Shown here one piece after another: positions 10,720-20,533 of a DNA stretch of 62,182 bases. The DNA is from Eubacteriales bacterium (GTDB lineage: Bacteria > Bacillota > Clostridia > Oscillospirales > CAG-382): contig JAZQFS010000125.1 of assembly GCA_045539625.1 (NCBI GenBank), forward strand, positions 1-62,182, given 5' to 3'. A program made the translations under genes and the position numbers. Numbering within the stretch: the first letter of the stretch is position 1; each line of letters starts with the position of its first letter. The notes under the pieces are model-generated. The model had not been told where the DNA came from, did not search any database, and worked only from the letters and a program-made list of their open reading frames with translations.

Positions 10720-10845
10720 CATAAATTTATTTGTAATCCCGAAAACTTAGCAAGCGGCAAGTGGATACCTCTTAACTCAAAATGAGTAAGGATTTGTCCG
10801 CAAACAAAGTAATGGGAAATTACGCTTACTGTAAAAGTATACCAT
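10720..10845 (-). promoter_or_regulatory. rpsO promoter (extended -10 TGGTATACT) and about 110 nt leader, probable S15 autoregulatory leader
   Basis: -10 box at about 10836-10841; S15 leaders are known at this position in Firmicutes; structure not verified. Confidence 0.4.
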
Positions 10846-10901
10846 AAACAAAAGAAAAAGTAAAGTGTTTTTCAAAATAATTATTAAATTTTTTGTGAAC
10901 A

Positions 10902-12092
10902 TCAATACTTCATTTTCTTTTTCTTCATTCTTCTTATAAACGTGATGATAATAAGAATGGTAAGGGCAAGCCCTAAAATTATGCCCACTATAACAAGCTC
11001 GCTTATGTCAAGTGCGCTTCTCACTTCAATCCAGCTTGAGTCGTACAGTGAGTTGATGTCGCCTGACAGGGCAATGTAGCTTTCGGCATTTTCAAGCTGT
11101 TCGTCGGTAGGATATATTCTTTCGTCCTTGCCAACAATTTCTGATGCCTTCATGTGGGGAGTAAAGTAGCAGATGTATTCACAGTTGGCAACGGCAATTT
11201 CCGTTTCGCAAAGGAAGTTGATGAAAGCCTCGGCGGCTTCCTTGTTCTTTGCACCCTTTGGAATACATATGGAGTCGATGAAAATATTAAAGCCTTCTTC
11301 GGGATAGTAGAAGTCAAGGTCTTCGTTAACGTCCATCATTGAAGCACAGTCGCCTGCATAGTAGGGAGCGGCATACGCCGATTCACCCTCCATCTTGTTG
11401 AAAATCTGATCCATTACATACGCCTGATTTACAAGACGTTGCTTTTTCAGCTCTTCTGTAGCTTTCTGAATTTCATCGGGATTTTCGCTGTTGAGAGAAT
11501 AGCCAAGCTTCTTGAGAGCAATGCCGTATGCATCTCTGGAGTTTGAGAACATAAGAATTGTACCTGCATACTTTTCGTTCCACAGTAAATCCCACGTGCC
11601 GATGTCTTCTTGGTCAACATACTTTGTGTTGTACACAACACCTACCGTACCCCAGGTGTAGGGAACGGAAAACTCGCCTGTTTTGTCAAAGTCGGGCGTT
11701 TTGTACTTGTCATCAATCATGGCGTAATTTGGAATGTTGTCATAATTGATTTTTTCAAGCATATCTTCATTAATCATTCTTGCTATCATATAGTCGGAAG
11801 GAATGATAATGTCGTATCTTGAGTTGCTGGAGGACAGCTTTGCATAAAGGTCCTCGTTTGTTTCGTAGGTGGTGTAGGTAACGTCAATGCCTGACAGCTC
11901 TTCAAATTCGGCTATAACGTCAATAGAGCCTTCGCCGCCGTCGGAAATGTATTCACCCCAGTTGTATACGTTAAGGGTGATGTCCTTGTCACGGAATTTT
12001 GCGTAGTAGCTTTCGTCTTCAACCTCAACCTTGGCACTGACAGTCAAAAGAGTGAGGCAGGAGAGGAGAAATGTAAATAAAACCTTTTTCAT
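10902..12092 (-). CDS. potD: Spermidine/putrescine ABC transporter substrate-binding protein
   Basis: LNVYNWGEYI, YDIIIPSDYM, PYTWGTVG; C-terminal TM helix and basic tail. Confidence 0.93.
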   Translation of the reverse strand: MKKVLFTFLLSCLTLLTVSAKVEVEDESYYAKFRDKDITLNVYNWGEYISDGGEGSIDVIAEFEELSGIDVTYTTYETNEDLYAKLSSSNSRYDIIIPSDYMIARMINEDMLEKINYDNIPNYAMIDDKYKTPDFDKTGEFSVPYTWGTVGVVYNTKYVDQEDIGTWDLLWNEKYAGTILMFSNSRDAYGIALKKLGYSLNSENPDEIQKATEELKKQRLVNQAYVMDQIFNKMEGESAYAAPYYAGDCASMMDVNEDLDFYYPEEGFNIFIDSICIPKGAKNKEAAEAFINFLCETEIAVANCEYICYFTPHMKASEIVGKDERIYPTDEQLENAESYIALSGDINSLYDSSWIEVRSALDISELVIVGIILGLALTILIIITFIRRMKKKKMKY

Positions 12093-12105
12093 ATTCGTTC
12101 CTCCC

Positions 12106-12909
12106 TTACTTTTTTGAAAACGCCGAAGCTTTTCTTTCTTCTTCCTTTTCCTTTTTTGCACCGATAACATTAACAGTTATGAGAATGGCAAAAACGATTA
12201 CAAAAAGAATTGTGGATAAAGCATTGATTTCGGGGCTGATACGCTTTTTTGTCATGGAATAAATGGTAATGGGTAAAGTCTGTGACTCGGGACCCGATGT
12301 AAAGTAGCTGATAATAAAGTCGTCGATGGAGTAGGTAAGAGCCATAAGAGCACCTGTTACAACACCGGGCATAATTTCGGGAAGAACAACCTTGAAAAAT
12401 GCCTGACGTCTGTTGCAGCCGAGGTCCATTGCCGCCTCATACAGATTTACATTCATTTGTCTGAGCTTAGGAAGAACGCTGAGAACAACCGTAGGAAGAC
12501 AGAAGGTGATGTGAGCAAGAATAAGCGTCACATACCCCGGTGTCATTCTGAAGAATGTAAATAACAGCATCAGAGAAATACCCGTTACAATTTCGGGGTT
12601 GAGGTTCTGAAGATAGGTTGCGTCCTTAAGTAAGGATTTGGGAAGCTTTTTCATATTGTGCATACCGAAAGCCGCCGCCGTACCTAAGACCGCCGAAACA
12701 AGAGCCGAAATAAGAGCGATAATAAGAGTGTTGAGAACAGAGGTTAAAATCAGCTCGTTGTGAATAAGCTCGTTGTACCACTTAAAGGAAAAACCTGTCC
12801 ATACGTTGCCCTTTGTTTCGTTGAAGGAAAACATAATGAGCACAAATATGGGAAGATAGAGAAAAGCAAAAACAAGGATAATGTAGAATTTGGAGAGAAA
12901 CTTTTTCAT
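12106..12909 (-). CDS. potC: Polyamine ABC permease
   Basis: EAAMDLG loop, SIDDFIISYF. Confidence 0.93.
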   Translation of the reverse strand: MKKFLSKFYIILVFAFLYLPIFVLIMFSFNETKGNVWTGFSFKWYNELIHNELILTSVLNTLIIALISALVSAVLGTAAAFGMHNMKKLPKSLLKDATYLQNLNPEIVTGISLMLLFTFFRMTPGYVTLILAHITFCLPTVVLSVLPKLRQMNVNLYEAAMDLGCNRRQAFFKVVLPEIMPGVVTGALMALTYSIDDFIISYFTSGPESQTLPITIYSMTKKRISPEINALSTILFVIVFAILITVNVIGAKKEKEEERKASAFSKK

Positions 12910-13730
12910 ACCATCGAATCCTCCATTTCATCGTTGTCAAAGCTGTTGAATATTCCCATGCTGATAAATACAACAACCATAAGAAGTAAGCTTGTTGCCG
13001 CACCGTAGTTGAGGTTGTACTCGTTGCCGAGGAACTGCTGCTGTATAAGGTCTCCGATAAGGAAGCAGTTGCTGCCGCCGAGAAGTCCCGAAATAACAAA
13101 GGTGCTGACAGCGGGTACAAATGTCATTGTAATACCCGTTAAAATACCGGGAAAACTGAGGGGAAGCACGATTTTGGTGATAACCTTTGTGGAGTTACAG
13201 CCTAAATCCTGTGCCGCCTCGATAACGCTTTTGTCAATCTTGGTCATAATTGAGTAAAGGGGCGTTATCATAAATGGCAGATAGTTGTATACCATACCCA
13301 GAACAACGGCAGCTCTGTTGTTGATAAGCTGAAGTCGGGGAAGACCGATGGATGCCAAAAAGTTGTTGATAATACCGTTGTTGTCAAGGATTGTAACCCA
13401 TGCATAGGTACGAAGCAGAAAGTTCATCCACATGGGAAGCATTACCATAAGCAGAAGAAGCCGCTGGGTACGCTTTGAACAGCGTGACATGGTAAATGCA
13501 AGGGGGTAGGCGATAACAAGACAGATAACCGTAGCAATAACAGCAAGATAAACCGAACGGATAAGGACGGGAAAATACTTGCTGGCATTTGCCAGGTTTT
13601 CAATACTTATAACGCCTGTGCTTTTTGAAGTAAAAGCAAAGTAAATAACAAGTAAAAAGGGCATAACCGTAAAGAACAGTACCCATAATACGTAGGGAAA
13701 TGCCGCAAATTTAGAACTGTTTTTCTTCAT
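12906..13730 (-). CDS. potB: Polyamine ABC permease
   Basis: [20 protein letters not shown]. Confidence 0.93.
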   Translation of the reverse strand: MKKNSSKFAAFPYVLWVLFFTVMPFLLVIYFAFTSKSTGVISIENLANASKYFPVLIRSVYLAVIATVICLVIAYPLAFTMSRCSKRTQRLLLLMVMLPMWMNFLLRTYAWVTILDNNGIINNFLASIGLPRLQLINNRAAVVLGMVYNYLPFMITPLYSIMTKIDKSVIEAAQDLGCNSTKVITKIVLPLSFPGILTGITMTFVPAVSTFVISGLLGGSNCFLIGDLIQQQFLGNEYNLNYGAATSLLLMVVVFISMGIFNSFDNDEMEDSMV

Positions 13731-14820
13731 TTGCCATACCCCCGTCATCTACCTGTGCATCAATAACTACCTTGTTGGATTCTGTCTTGTGCATAATGTG
13801 AATGTCCTCGGGAGTGAGGCTCATACCGATAAAGGCACCGGGCTCTGCGGACTTTGTGGAGTGAATCTTCCACTTTGTGCCGAAGCAGTCAACAATAATT
13901 TCGTAGTGAACGCCCTTGAAGGTAACTGTCTCAACGGTGCCGTCGATGGTGTTTTCACCGGGAGGTCCGAATTTTATGTCTTCGGGACGGATAACAACGT
14001 CAACGGGAGTCATCTTGCCAAAGCCCTTGTCCACACAGACAAAGCGGTTTCCTGCAAACTCAACGTCAAAGTCGTCGTGCATAAGTCCCGATACAATGTT
14101 GCTCTCGCCAATAAACTTTGCAACAAAGGCATTGACAGGCTCGTTGTAGATGTCCTGAGGAGTACCGATCTGGTCGATAACGCCGCCGTTCATAACAACA
14201 ATTCTGTCGCTCATTGTAAGAGCTTCTTCCTGGTCGTGGGTAACATATATAAAAGTAATTCCAAGCTGCTGCTGAATCTTTTTAAGCTCAATCTGCATTT
14301 CTTTTCTCAGCTGTAAGTCAAGTGCACCCAGGGGCTCGTCAAGAAGCAGCATTCTCGGGTGATTAATCAAAGCACGTGCAATAGCCACTCGCTGCTGCTG
14401 ACCGCCCGAAAGGTAGTCAACACGCTTTGCCCCGTAGTTTTTGAGGTTAACCATTTCAAGCATTTCCATAACACGCTTGTGTACCTCGTTGTCGGGAGTC
14501 TTTTTAAGACGCAGACCGAAGGCTATGTTTTCGTATACGTTTAAATGTTGGAAAAGTGCATATTTCTGGAAAACAGTGTTTACCTGTCTTTTGTACGGCG
14601 GCACCTTGTTTATAAGCTTGCCGTCAAAATACACATTTCCCTCATTAGGCTCAATAAAACCTGCAATTATTCGCAGAGTTGTGGTTTTACCGCATCCCGA
14701 GGGACCAAGTAAAGTAATAAATTCCTTGTCGTGAATGTCAAGGTTGATTCCTTTCAGAATCTTTTCATCGTCGTATTTAACTACGAGATTTTCCAATTTT
14801 ACAATCACACTTTTGTCCAA
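13711..14820 (-). CDS. potA: Polyamine ABC transporter ATPase
   Basis: [32 protein letters not shown]-like C-terminus; TTG 14820 is 8 nt after GGAGG. Confidence 0.95.
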   Translation of the reverse strand: MDKSVIVKLENLVVKYDDEKILKGINLDIHDKEFITLLGPSGCGKTTTLRIIAGFIEPNEGNVYFDGKLINKVPPYKRQVNTVFQKYALFQHLNVYENIAFGLRLKKTPDNEVHKRVMEMLEMVNLKNYGAKRVDYLSGGQQQRVAIARALINHPRMLLLDEPLGALDLQLRKEMQIELKKIQQQLGITFIYVTHDQEEALTMSDRIVVMNGGVIDQIGTPQDIYNEPVNAFVAKFIGESNIVSGLMHDDFDVEFAGNRFVCVDKGFGKMTPVDVVIRPEDIKFGPPGENTIDGTVETVTFKGVHYEIIVDCFGTKWKIHSTKSAEPGAFIGMSLTPEDIHIMHKTESNKVVIDAQVDDGGMANEEKQF

Positions 14821-14828
14821 TCCTAACA

Positions 14829-14940
14829 CCTCCGTACCGTGTTGCTGTGCGGTACATTTTCTGCTGTATGATTACAGCTTGCTACGGAAACCCGTCTTTT
14901 GCAACATCAGGATTAAGACGAATTTGCACCCGTAACAAAT
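14829..14940 (-). ncRNA. Structured 5' leader of potABCD, candidate cis-regulatory RNA/riboswitch
   Basis: Four helices, complementary loops (UGUUGC/GCAACA) and an alternative anti-SD pairing; see findings. Confidence 0.55.
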
Positions 14941-14947
14941 CACGATA

Positions 14948-14976
14948 ATAATACTTATTTTGTCGAAAAAAATCTA
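14948..14976 (-). promoter_or_regulatory. Putative sigmaA promoter of the pot operon
   Basis: TAGATT-17 bp-TATTAT, placing +1 near 14940. Confidence 0.5.
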
Positions 14977-15070
14977 CTGCTTAACGATAAATAAAATGTG
15001 AATAATATTAACAATTTTCAAAATAAATCTTATGTTTAGTCATTTTTGGGCATTATACATCGTTATATGC

Positions 15071-15104
15071 AAAAAAAAGAGCCGCACCTTTTAAGATGCA
15101 GCTC
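15071..15104 (-). terminator. Intrinsic terminator after carB
   Basis: gagctgcatctt-aa-aaggtgcggctc then T8 on minus strand. Confidence 0.85.
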
Positions 15105-15127
15105 CCAATATTGTTGGGTATATATAC

Positions 15128-18100
15128 TTAAATCACAATTTCGCCCGTGAAGGTGATTTCGGCATTACCTGAAAGGAATACGCCCTCGTCTGTGTATCTT
15201 ACAATAAGGTCGCCGCCCTTTAGCTTTACGGTAATGTCTGTGTTCTTTTTGCAGTAGCCGCAAAGACAAGCCGCAACCGCCGCCGCACATGCACCTGTAC
15301 CGCACGCCATTGTTTCGCCGTTGCCACGCTCCCAAACACGCATCTTGAGAGTGTTTTCGTTGAGCACCTTTACAAACTCGGTGTTCACTCTTTCGGGGAA
15401 TAATTCGTGGCTTTCAAACATAGGACCTATTGTTGATACGTCTAAGTTTTCAAGGCTTTCGTCAGCACCGAAGAATACAACGCAGTGAGGGTTACCTATG
15501 GACACGCAGGTGATTCTGTAAGGTCTGTAGCCAACGTGAATGGGGAACGCCACAACCTTTTCGCCGGGAAGCGTCACGGGAATGTTTTCGGGATTGAGAA
15601 TTACCTTGCCCATATCAACACATGCAGACTGAACAACGCCCTGCTTAACCTCAAGAGCAACCTTCTTTACGCCCACGGGAGTTTCTATTGAGATGTCAGT
15701 TTTGTCAACCATGCCGTTGTCGTAGAGATACTTACCTACACATCTCAATGCGTTGCCGCTCATCATACCCGGTGTGCCGTCCTTGTTGTAGATAGTCATC
15801 TTAGCATCGGCAACCTTGGATTTTCTGATAAGAACAACACCGTCTCCGCCGATACCGAAGTGTCTGTCGGACAGCATTACGGCAAGTCCCTCGGGATTGT
15901 TGATTTTCTGCTTAAAGCAGTTAAAGTAAATGTAGTCATTTCCGCAGCCCTGCATCTTTGTAAACTGAAGCTTTTCTTTTTCGCTTCTCATATCGTTGAT
16001 GTTTACAAGCTCTGTAGAAACTGAGGTGTATCTTGATGTTAAGCTGTCTGCAACTGCGTGAGCCGTGTCTATGGCAGTAAGACAGGGGATACTTCTTTCA
16101 ATAGCCTTACGTCTTAAAATTACACTGTTTCTTGTGGGGATTCTGCCGTGGTCGCTTGTTGAAATAACGTAGTCAACCGCACCTTTGTCCATAAGAGCGA
16201 GCCTGTCTTCGCTGTTTTCCACGATTTCCACGGGAATGTCGGCGTTCTGGATAACCTTGCCCGTTCCGTCGGAGGCATAAATCTTAAAGCCGTTTTCGTG
16301 GAACTTTTCGGCAACGTCAACAATTTCCAGCTTGTCGCTGTTTCTTACCGTGATAAGAACTCCGCCCTTGGTGTGATTCATCTTGTAGCCTGCTGCAATA
16401 AGACCTTTACAGATAGCTTCCTTGATGGTGCTTGCAATACCTAAAACTTCACCTGTGGATTTCATTTCGGGACCGAGCATACTGTCAACACCGTGGAGCT
16501 TTTCAAAGGAGAATACAGGCACCTTTACGGCAACATAGGGCGAATCGGGATAAATGCCCGTTCCGAAGCCCATGCTTTCAAGGCTTTCGGTGTTTTCAGG
16601 CTCATTTTCCTTGCCAATCATTGTTCTTGTCGCAAGGTCAACCATAGGTATGCCTGTTACTTTGCTGATGTAAGGAATTGTTCTTGAAGAACGGGGATTA
16701 ACTTCAATTACATAAAGCTGTTCGTTGTTGATGAGGTACTGAATGTTTACAAGACCTCTTGTTTCAAGAGCAACTGCAAGCTTCTTTGTGCAGTCAAGCA
16801 CTTCTTCACGCATCTTGTCGCTGATACGCTTTGCAGGGTATATGGCAATTGAGTCGCCTGAGTGTACGCCTGTACGTTCAACGTGCTCCATAATACCGGG
16901 AATAAGAATGTCCTTGCCGTCGCAAATGGCGTCAACCTCAATTTCAAGTCCCATAAGATACTTGTCGATAAGAATGGGGTTCTTGTCGGTGTGGGTAAGG
17001 ATTATTTTCATATATTCCTTGATGTCATCGGGATTCTGAGCGATGATCATATTCTGACCGCCGAGAACATATGAAGGACGCATAAGAACGGGATAGCCGA
17101 TTTTGTCAGCAACCGACAGCGCTTCTTCTTCGGTAAATACCGTACAGCCCACGGGACGCTTGATGTTAAGCTTTTCAAGAAGAGCATCAAATATCTTTCT
17201 GTCTTCCGCCGCATCAATGCTTGAAGCACCCGTACCGAGAATCTTTATTCCGTTTTTGTCAAGGAAGCTTGTAAGCTTGATAGCTGTCTGACCGCCGAAA
17301 GCAACAACCGCACCGTAAGGCTTTTCGGTCTGTATAATGCTCATTACGTCCTCGTCTGTAAGAGGCTCAAAGTAAAGTCTGTCAGCCGTGTCAAAGTCTG
17401 TTGAAACGGTTTCGGGATTGTTGTTTACGATTACAACCTCGTAGCCAAGCTTTTTAAGTGAACGTACACAGTGAACGGAAGCATAGTCAAATTCGATACC
17501 CTGACCGATTCTGATAGGACCTGAGCCGAATACGATAATTGTTTTCTTTCTGTCCTTTTTGTTTGCAAGGAATTCGGCAGCTTCGTTTTCTTCGTCGAAG
17601 GTGGAGTAGAAGTAAGGTGTTTCTGCTGAGTATTCCGCAGCACAGGTGTCAACCATCTTGAAGGAAGCATACTTTTTGTTCTGTATCTTGCAGCCCGAAA
17701 GGTTTTCAATGTGCTTGTCGGGGAAGCCCATACGCTTTGCCGCCATATAAAGCTCGTCGGTGAGAACACCCTTCTGAAGCTCACGCTCCATACCGAGAAT
17801 GTTTGTAAGCTTTGTAAGGAAGAATTTGTCTATTTTGGTAAGCTCGTGAATGAATTCAATACTCTTGCCTCTCTTTAAGAATTCGTAAATGATAAAGAGA
17901 CGCTCGTCGGTACATTCTTTGAGACTTGCAAGCAAGTCCTCGTCGGAAACATCTGCAAGATTGTCCTGATTGAGGCTCATGTGCTTGATTTCGGCACCTC
18001 TTACAGCCTTCATAAGAGCTTCTTCAAAGCACTGACCGATGGACATAACCTCGCCCGTTGCCTTCATCTGTGTGCCCAGCTTTCTCTTTGCATAAACAAA

Positions 18101-19192
18101 CTTGTCAAAGGGCCACTTGGGGAACTTTACAACTACATAGTCGATTGTAGGCTCAAAGCAGGCAACGGTTTTGCCCGTTACCGCATTCTGAATTTCGTCA
18201 AGAGTGTAGCCTATTGCAATTTTTGTAGCAACCTTTGCGATTGGGTAGCCTGTTGCCTTTGAAGCAAGTGCAGATGAACGGGAAACTCTGGGGTTAACCT
18301 CAATTACCGCATATTCAAAGGAGTCGGGCTTGAGAGCAAACTGACAGTTACAGCCGCCTTCAACCTCAAGAGCGTTAACAATCTTGAGAGCCGCTTTTCT
18401 CAGCATTGAATATTCCTTGCTTGAGAGGGTAAGAGCGGGAGCTGCAACTATGGAGTCGCCTGTGTGAATACCTACAGGGTCAAAGTTTTCCATGGAGCAA
18501 ACGGTAATGGAATTGCCCTTGCTGTCACGGATAACCTCAAATTCGATTTCCTTCCAGCCCGAAATACACTTTTCAACAAGAATCTGTGTAATGGGGGAAA
18601 GTCGAAGACCGTTTGTACCGATTTCGGTAAGCTCTTCAACGTTTTCCGCAATACCGCCGCCTGTACCGCCCAAAGTAAATGCGGGACGTACAATTACGGG
18701 GTAGCCGATTTCTTCTGCAAAGGCAAGAGCGCTGTCAAGATCGGTTACAACCTTTGAAGGGATAATAGGCTGGTCAATGGACTCCATGGTGTCCTTGAAC
18801 ATCTGTCTGTCCTCGGCCTTGTCAATTGTTTCGGGCTTTGCACCGAGAAGCTTTACGCCCATCTTGTCAAGGAAGCCGTCCTTTGCAAGCTGCATTGAAA
18901 GGGTAAGACCTGTCTGTCCGCCAAGGGAGGAAAGAAGGCTGTCGGGACGTTCCTTTTCTATAATTCTCTTAACTGTTTCAAGGTTGAGAGGCTCGATGTA
19001 AATTTTGTCGGCCATTATGTTGTCTGTCATAATGGTAGCGGGGTTGGAGTTGACGAGGATAACCTCAAGACCTGCTTCCTTAAGAGCACGGCAAGCCTGA
19101 GTTCCCGCATAGTCAAACTCAGCCGCCTGACCGATAACGATAGGACCTGAGCCTATCACCATAACACGCTTTAATTCTTTATTTAACGGCAT
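15128..19192 (-). CDS. carB: Carbamoyl-phosphate synthetase large subunit fused to a C-terminal diaminopimelate epimerase (DapF)-like domain
   Basis: GSGPIVIGQAAEFDY, two ATP-grasp units, MGS domain, then FTKMQGCGNDY...GNPHCV...RVWERGNGETMACGTG. Confidence 0.95.
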   Translation of the reverse strand: MPLNKELKRVMVIGSGPIVIGQAAEFDYAGTQACRALKEAGLEVILVNSNPATIMTDNIMADKIYIEPLNLETVKRIIEKERPDSLLSSLGGQTGLTLSMQLAKDGFLDKMGVKLLGAKPETIDKAEDRQMFKDTMESIDQPIIPSKVVTDLDSALAFAEEIGYPVIVRPAFTLGGTGGGIAENVEELTEIGTNGLRLSPITQILVEKCISGWKEIEFEVIRDSKGNSITVCSMENFDPVGIHTGDSIVAAPALTLSSKEYSMLRKAALKIVNALEVEGGCNCQFALKPDSFEYAVIEVNPRVSRSSALASKATGYPIAKVATKIAIGYTLDEIQNAVTGKTVACFEPTIDYVVVKFPKWPFDKFVYAKRKLGTQMKATGEVMSIGQCFEEALMKAVRGAEIKHMSLNQDNLADVSDEDLLASLKECTDERLFIIYEFLKRGKSIEFIHELTKIDKFFLTKLTNILGMERELQKGVLTDELYMAAKRMGFPDKHIENLSGCKIQNKKYASFKMVDTCAAEYSAETPYFYSTFDEENEAAEFLANKKDRKKTIIVFGSGPIRIGQGIEFDYASVHCVRSLKKLGYEVVIVNNNPETVSTDFDTADRLYFEPLTDEDVMSIIQTEKPYGAVVAFGGQTAIKLTSFLDKNGIKILGTGASSIDAAEDRKIFDALLEKLNIKRPVGCTVFTEEEALSVADKIGYPVLMRPSYVLGGQNMIIAQNPDDIKEYMKIILTHTDKNPILIDKYLMGLEIEVDAICDGKDILIPGIMEHVERTGVHSGDSIAIYPAKRISDKMREEVLDCTKKLAVALETRGLVNIQYLINNEQLYVIEVNPRSSRTIPYISKVTGIPMVDLATRTMIGKENEPENTESLESMGFGTGIYPDSPYVAVKVPVFSFEKLHGVDSMLGPEMKSTGEVLGIASTIKEAICKGLIAAGYKMNHTKGGVLITVRNSDKLEIVDVAEKFHENGFKIYASDGTGKVIQNADIPVEIVENSEDRLALMDKGAVDYVISTSDHGRIPTRNSVILRRKAIERSIPCLTAIDTAHAVADSLTSRYTSVSTELVNINDMRSEKEKLQFTKMQGCGNDYIYFNCFKQKINNPEGLAVMLSDRHFGIGGDGVVLIRKSKVADAKMTIYNKDGTPGMMSGNALRCVGKYLYDNGMVDKTDISIETPVGVKKVALEVKQGVVQSACVDMGKVILNPENIPVTLPGEKVVAFPIHVGYRPYRITCVSIGNPHCVVFFGADESLENLDVSTIGPMFESHELFPERVNTEFVKVLNENTLKMRVWERGNGETMACGTGACAAAVAACLCGYCKKNTDITVKLKGGDLIVRYTDEGVFLSGNAEITFTGEIVI

Positions 19193-20267
19193 TGAAGTTT
19201 ACCTCCTTGACAGTATCGAGAAATTGTTCGTAAAGTGATTTTTCGCCTGTTGAAGACTCGGTTGTGTCGGGCCTGAACTGGCAAGTTATAACGGGCATAT
19301 CCGTGTACTTTAAGCCTTCGACGGTTTTGTCGTTGGCGTTTTCGTATGATATTACAGCACCCTTTGGCAGCTTGTCTGCACATACACAGTAGCCGTGATT
19401 CTGAGTGATGATGCTGAGAACTCCGCTTTGTGTGTTTTTGCAGGGACCGCTTGCACCTCTGTGTCCGTACTTGAGCTTGAAGGTGTCGCCGCCCTTTGCA
19501 AGAGCAATAAGAAGATGACCGAGACCCAGACCGAACATTGGCACATTCTTTTCGCAAAGCTTTGAGATTTCGGCGATTGCATCCTTGTTGTCCTTGGGAT
19601 TGCCGGGGCCGTCGGAAATAACTATTCCGTCAGGCTGTATTTCGAGTAAATCCTCAGCCTTGCTGTCGGCGGAAAATACGTAAACGTCGCAGTCAAGTGA
19701 GGCGAAGGTATCAATTACGCTCTTGCCTGTGCCGAAATCGTAAAGAGCAAGCTTTGTCTTTGACAGAGGATGAGTGTAAACCGCATTTTCAAGTCCGAGA
19801 GCCGATACGGGGTTTTCGCACTTGTGAGCCTTTATCTGCTTTATAAGTGAATCAATGTCCGAGGCTTCAGAGCAAATCATGGCGTTCATTGAGCCTTCTT
19901 CACGTAAAACTCTTGTGAGTGCTCTTGTGTCAATTCCGCATATTCCCACAACGCCGCTGTTTTTGAGGTATTCGTCAAGTGTGCCCTCGCATCTGAAGTT
20001 TGAAGGAGCGTCGCACATTTCTCTTACAACATAGCCTGCGACCGTTGCCTTTTCGCCTTCAAAGTCCTCGGCGATAACACCGTAGTTACCAATCATGGGG
20101 AAGGTCTGCACAACAATCTGACCGAAGTTGTTTTTGTCGGTAAGAGTTTCAAGATAACCCACCATACCTGTGTTGAATACAGCTTCGCCAAGGGCTGTGC
20201 CTTCCTTGCCGATGGAAGTGCCTTCAAAGACCTTTCCGTTTTCTAAAATCAAATAAGCTTTTGACAC
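19179..20267 (-). CDS. carA: Carbamoyl-phosphate synthetase small subunit, glutaminase triad degenerate
   Basis: AYLILENGKVFEG, FNTGMVGY, GIDTRALTR, QNHGY; FGLGLGHL and QFRPD replace FGICLGHQ and QFHPE; GTG 20267 after GGAGG. Confidence 0.93.
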   Translation of the reverse strand: MSKAYLILENGKVFEGTSIGKEGTALGEAVFNTGMVGYLETLTDKNNFGQIVVQTFPMIGNYGVIAEDFEGEKATVAGYVVREMCDAPSNFRCEGTLDEYLKNSGVVGICGIDTRALTRVLREEGSMNAMICSEASDIDSLIKQIKAHKCENPVSALGLENAVYTHPLSKTKLALYDFGTGKSVIDTFASLDCDVYVFSADSKAEDLLEIQPDGIVISDGPGNPKDNKDAIAEISKLCEKNVPMFGLGLGHLLIALAKGGDTFKLKYGHRGASGPCKNTQSGVLSIITQNHGYCVCADKLPKGAVISYENANDKTVEGLKYTDMPVITCQFRPDTTESSTGEKSLYEQFLDTVKEVNFNAVK

Positions 20268-20309
20268 GAATAATACCTCCAAATCTATAATAAACAAATA
20301 ATAAACTCT

Positions 20310-20341
20310 AAAAAAACAGGTGTCGGAAATACCAACACCTG
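20310..20341 (-). terminator. Attenuator-type terminator in the carA leader
   Basis: caggtgttgg-tattt-ccgacacctg followed by T7, 43 nt before the carA start. Confidence 0.85.
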
Positions 20342-20354
20342 AAAAAAGCAATAA

Positions 20355-20471
20355 CTATACCTGCATTATCTGAGAAACTGAGATAATGAGGCAATTTGTC
20401 ATGTTAGGTGAAAAAAGGGAATAGGACGCCGCAAAAGGGGTTACGCTTTGCTTGCACGACATCTTCATCAT
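20355..20471 (-). CDS. Putative 38-aa leader peptide (uORF) of carAB
   Basis: SD GAAAGGTGA, then MMKMSCKQSVTPFAASYSLFSPNMTNCLIISVSQIMQV*, between promoter and terminator. Confidence 0.5.
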   Translation of the reverse strand: MMKMSCKQSVTPFAASYSLFSPNMTNCLIISVSQIMQV

Positions 20472-20533
20472 AATAATCACCTTTCACATTTATTGAAAGA
20501 CGAACTTCAAAAAGCTCTGCTTTCTGAAAATAT

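Noticed and set aside
14996-15014. Rex-like box ATGTGAA-N5-TTAACAA
   Set aside because: Spacer is one base too long and the context is AT-rich; probably chance.
20280-20530. PyrR binding loop or T-box in the carA leader
   Set aside because: No ARUCCNGNGAGGYU and no GGUGGNACC T-box sequence found.
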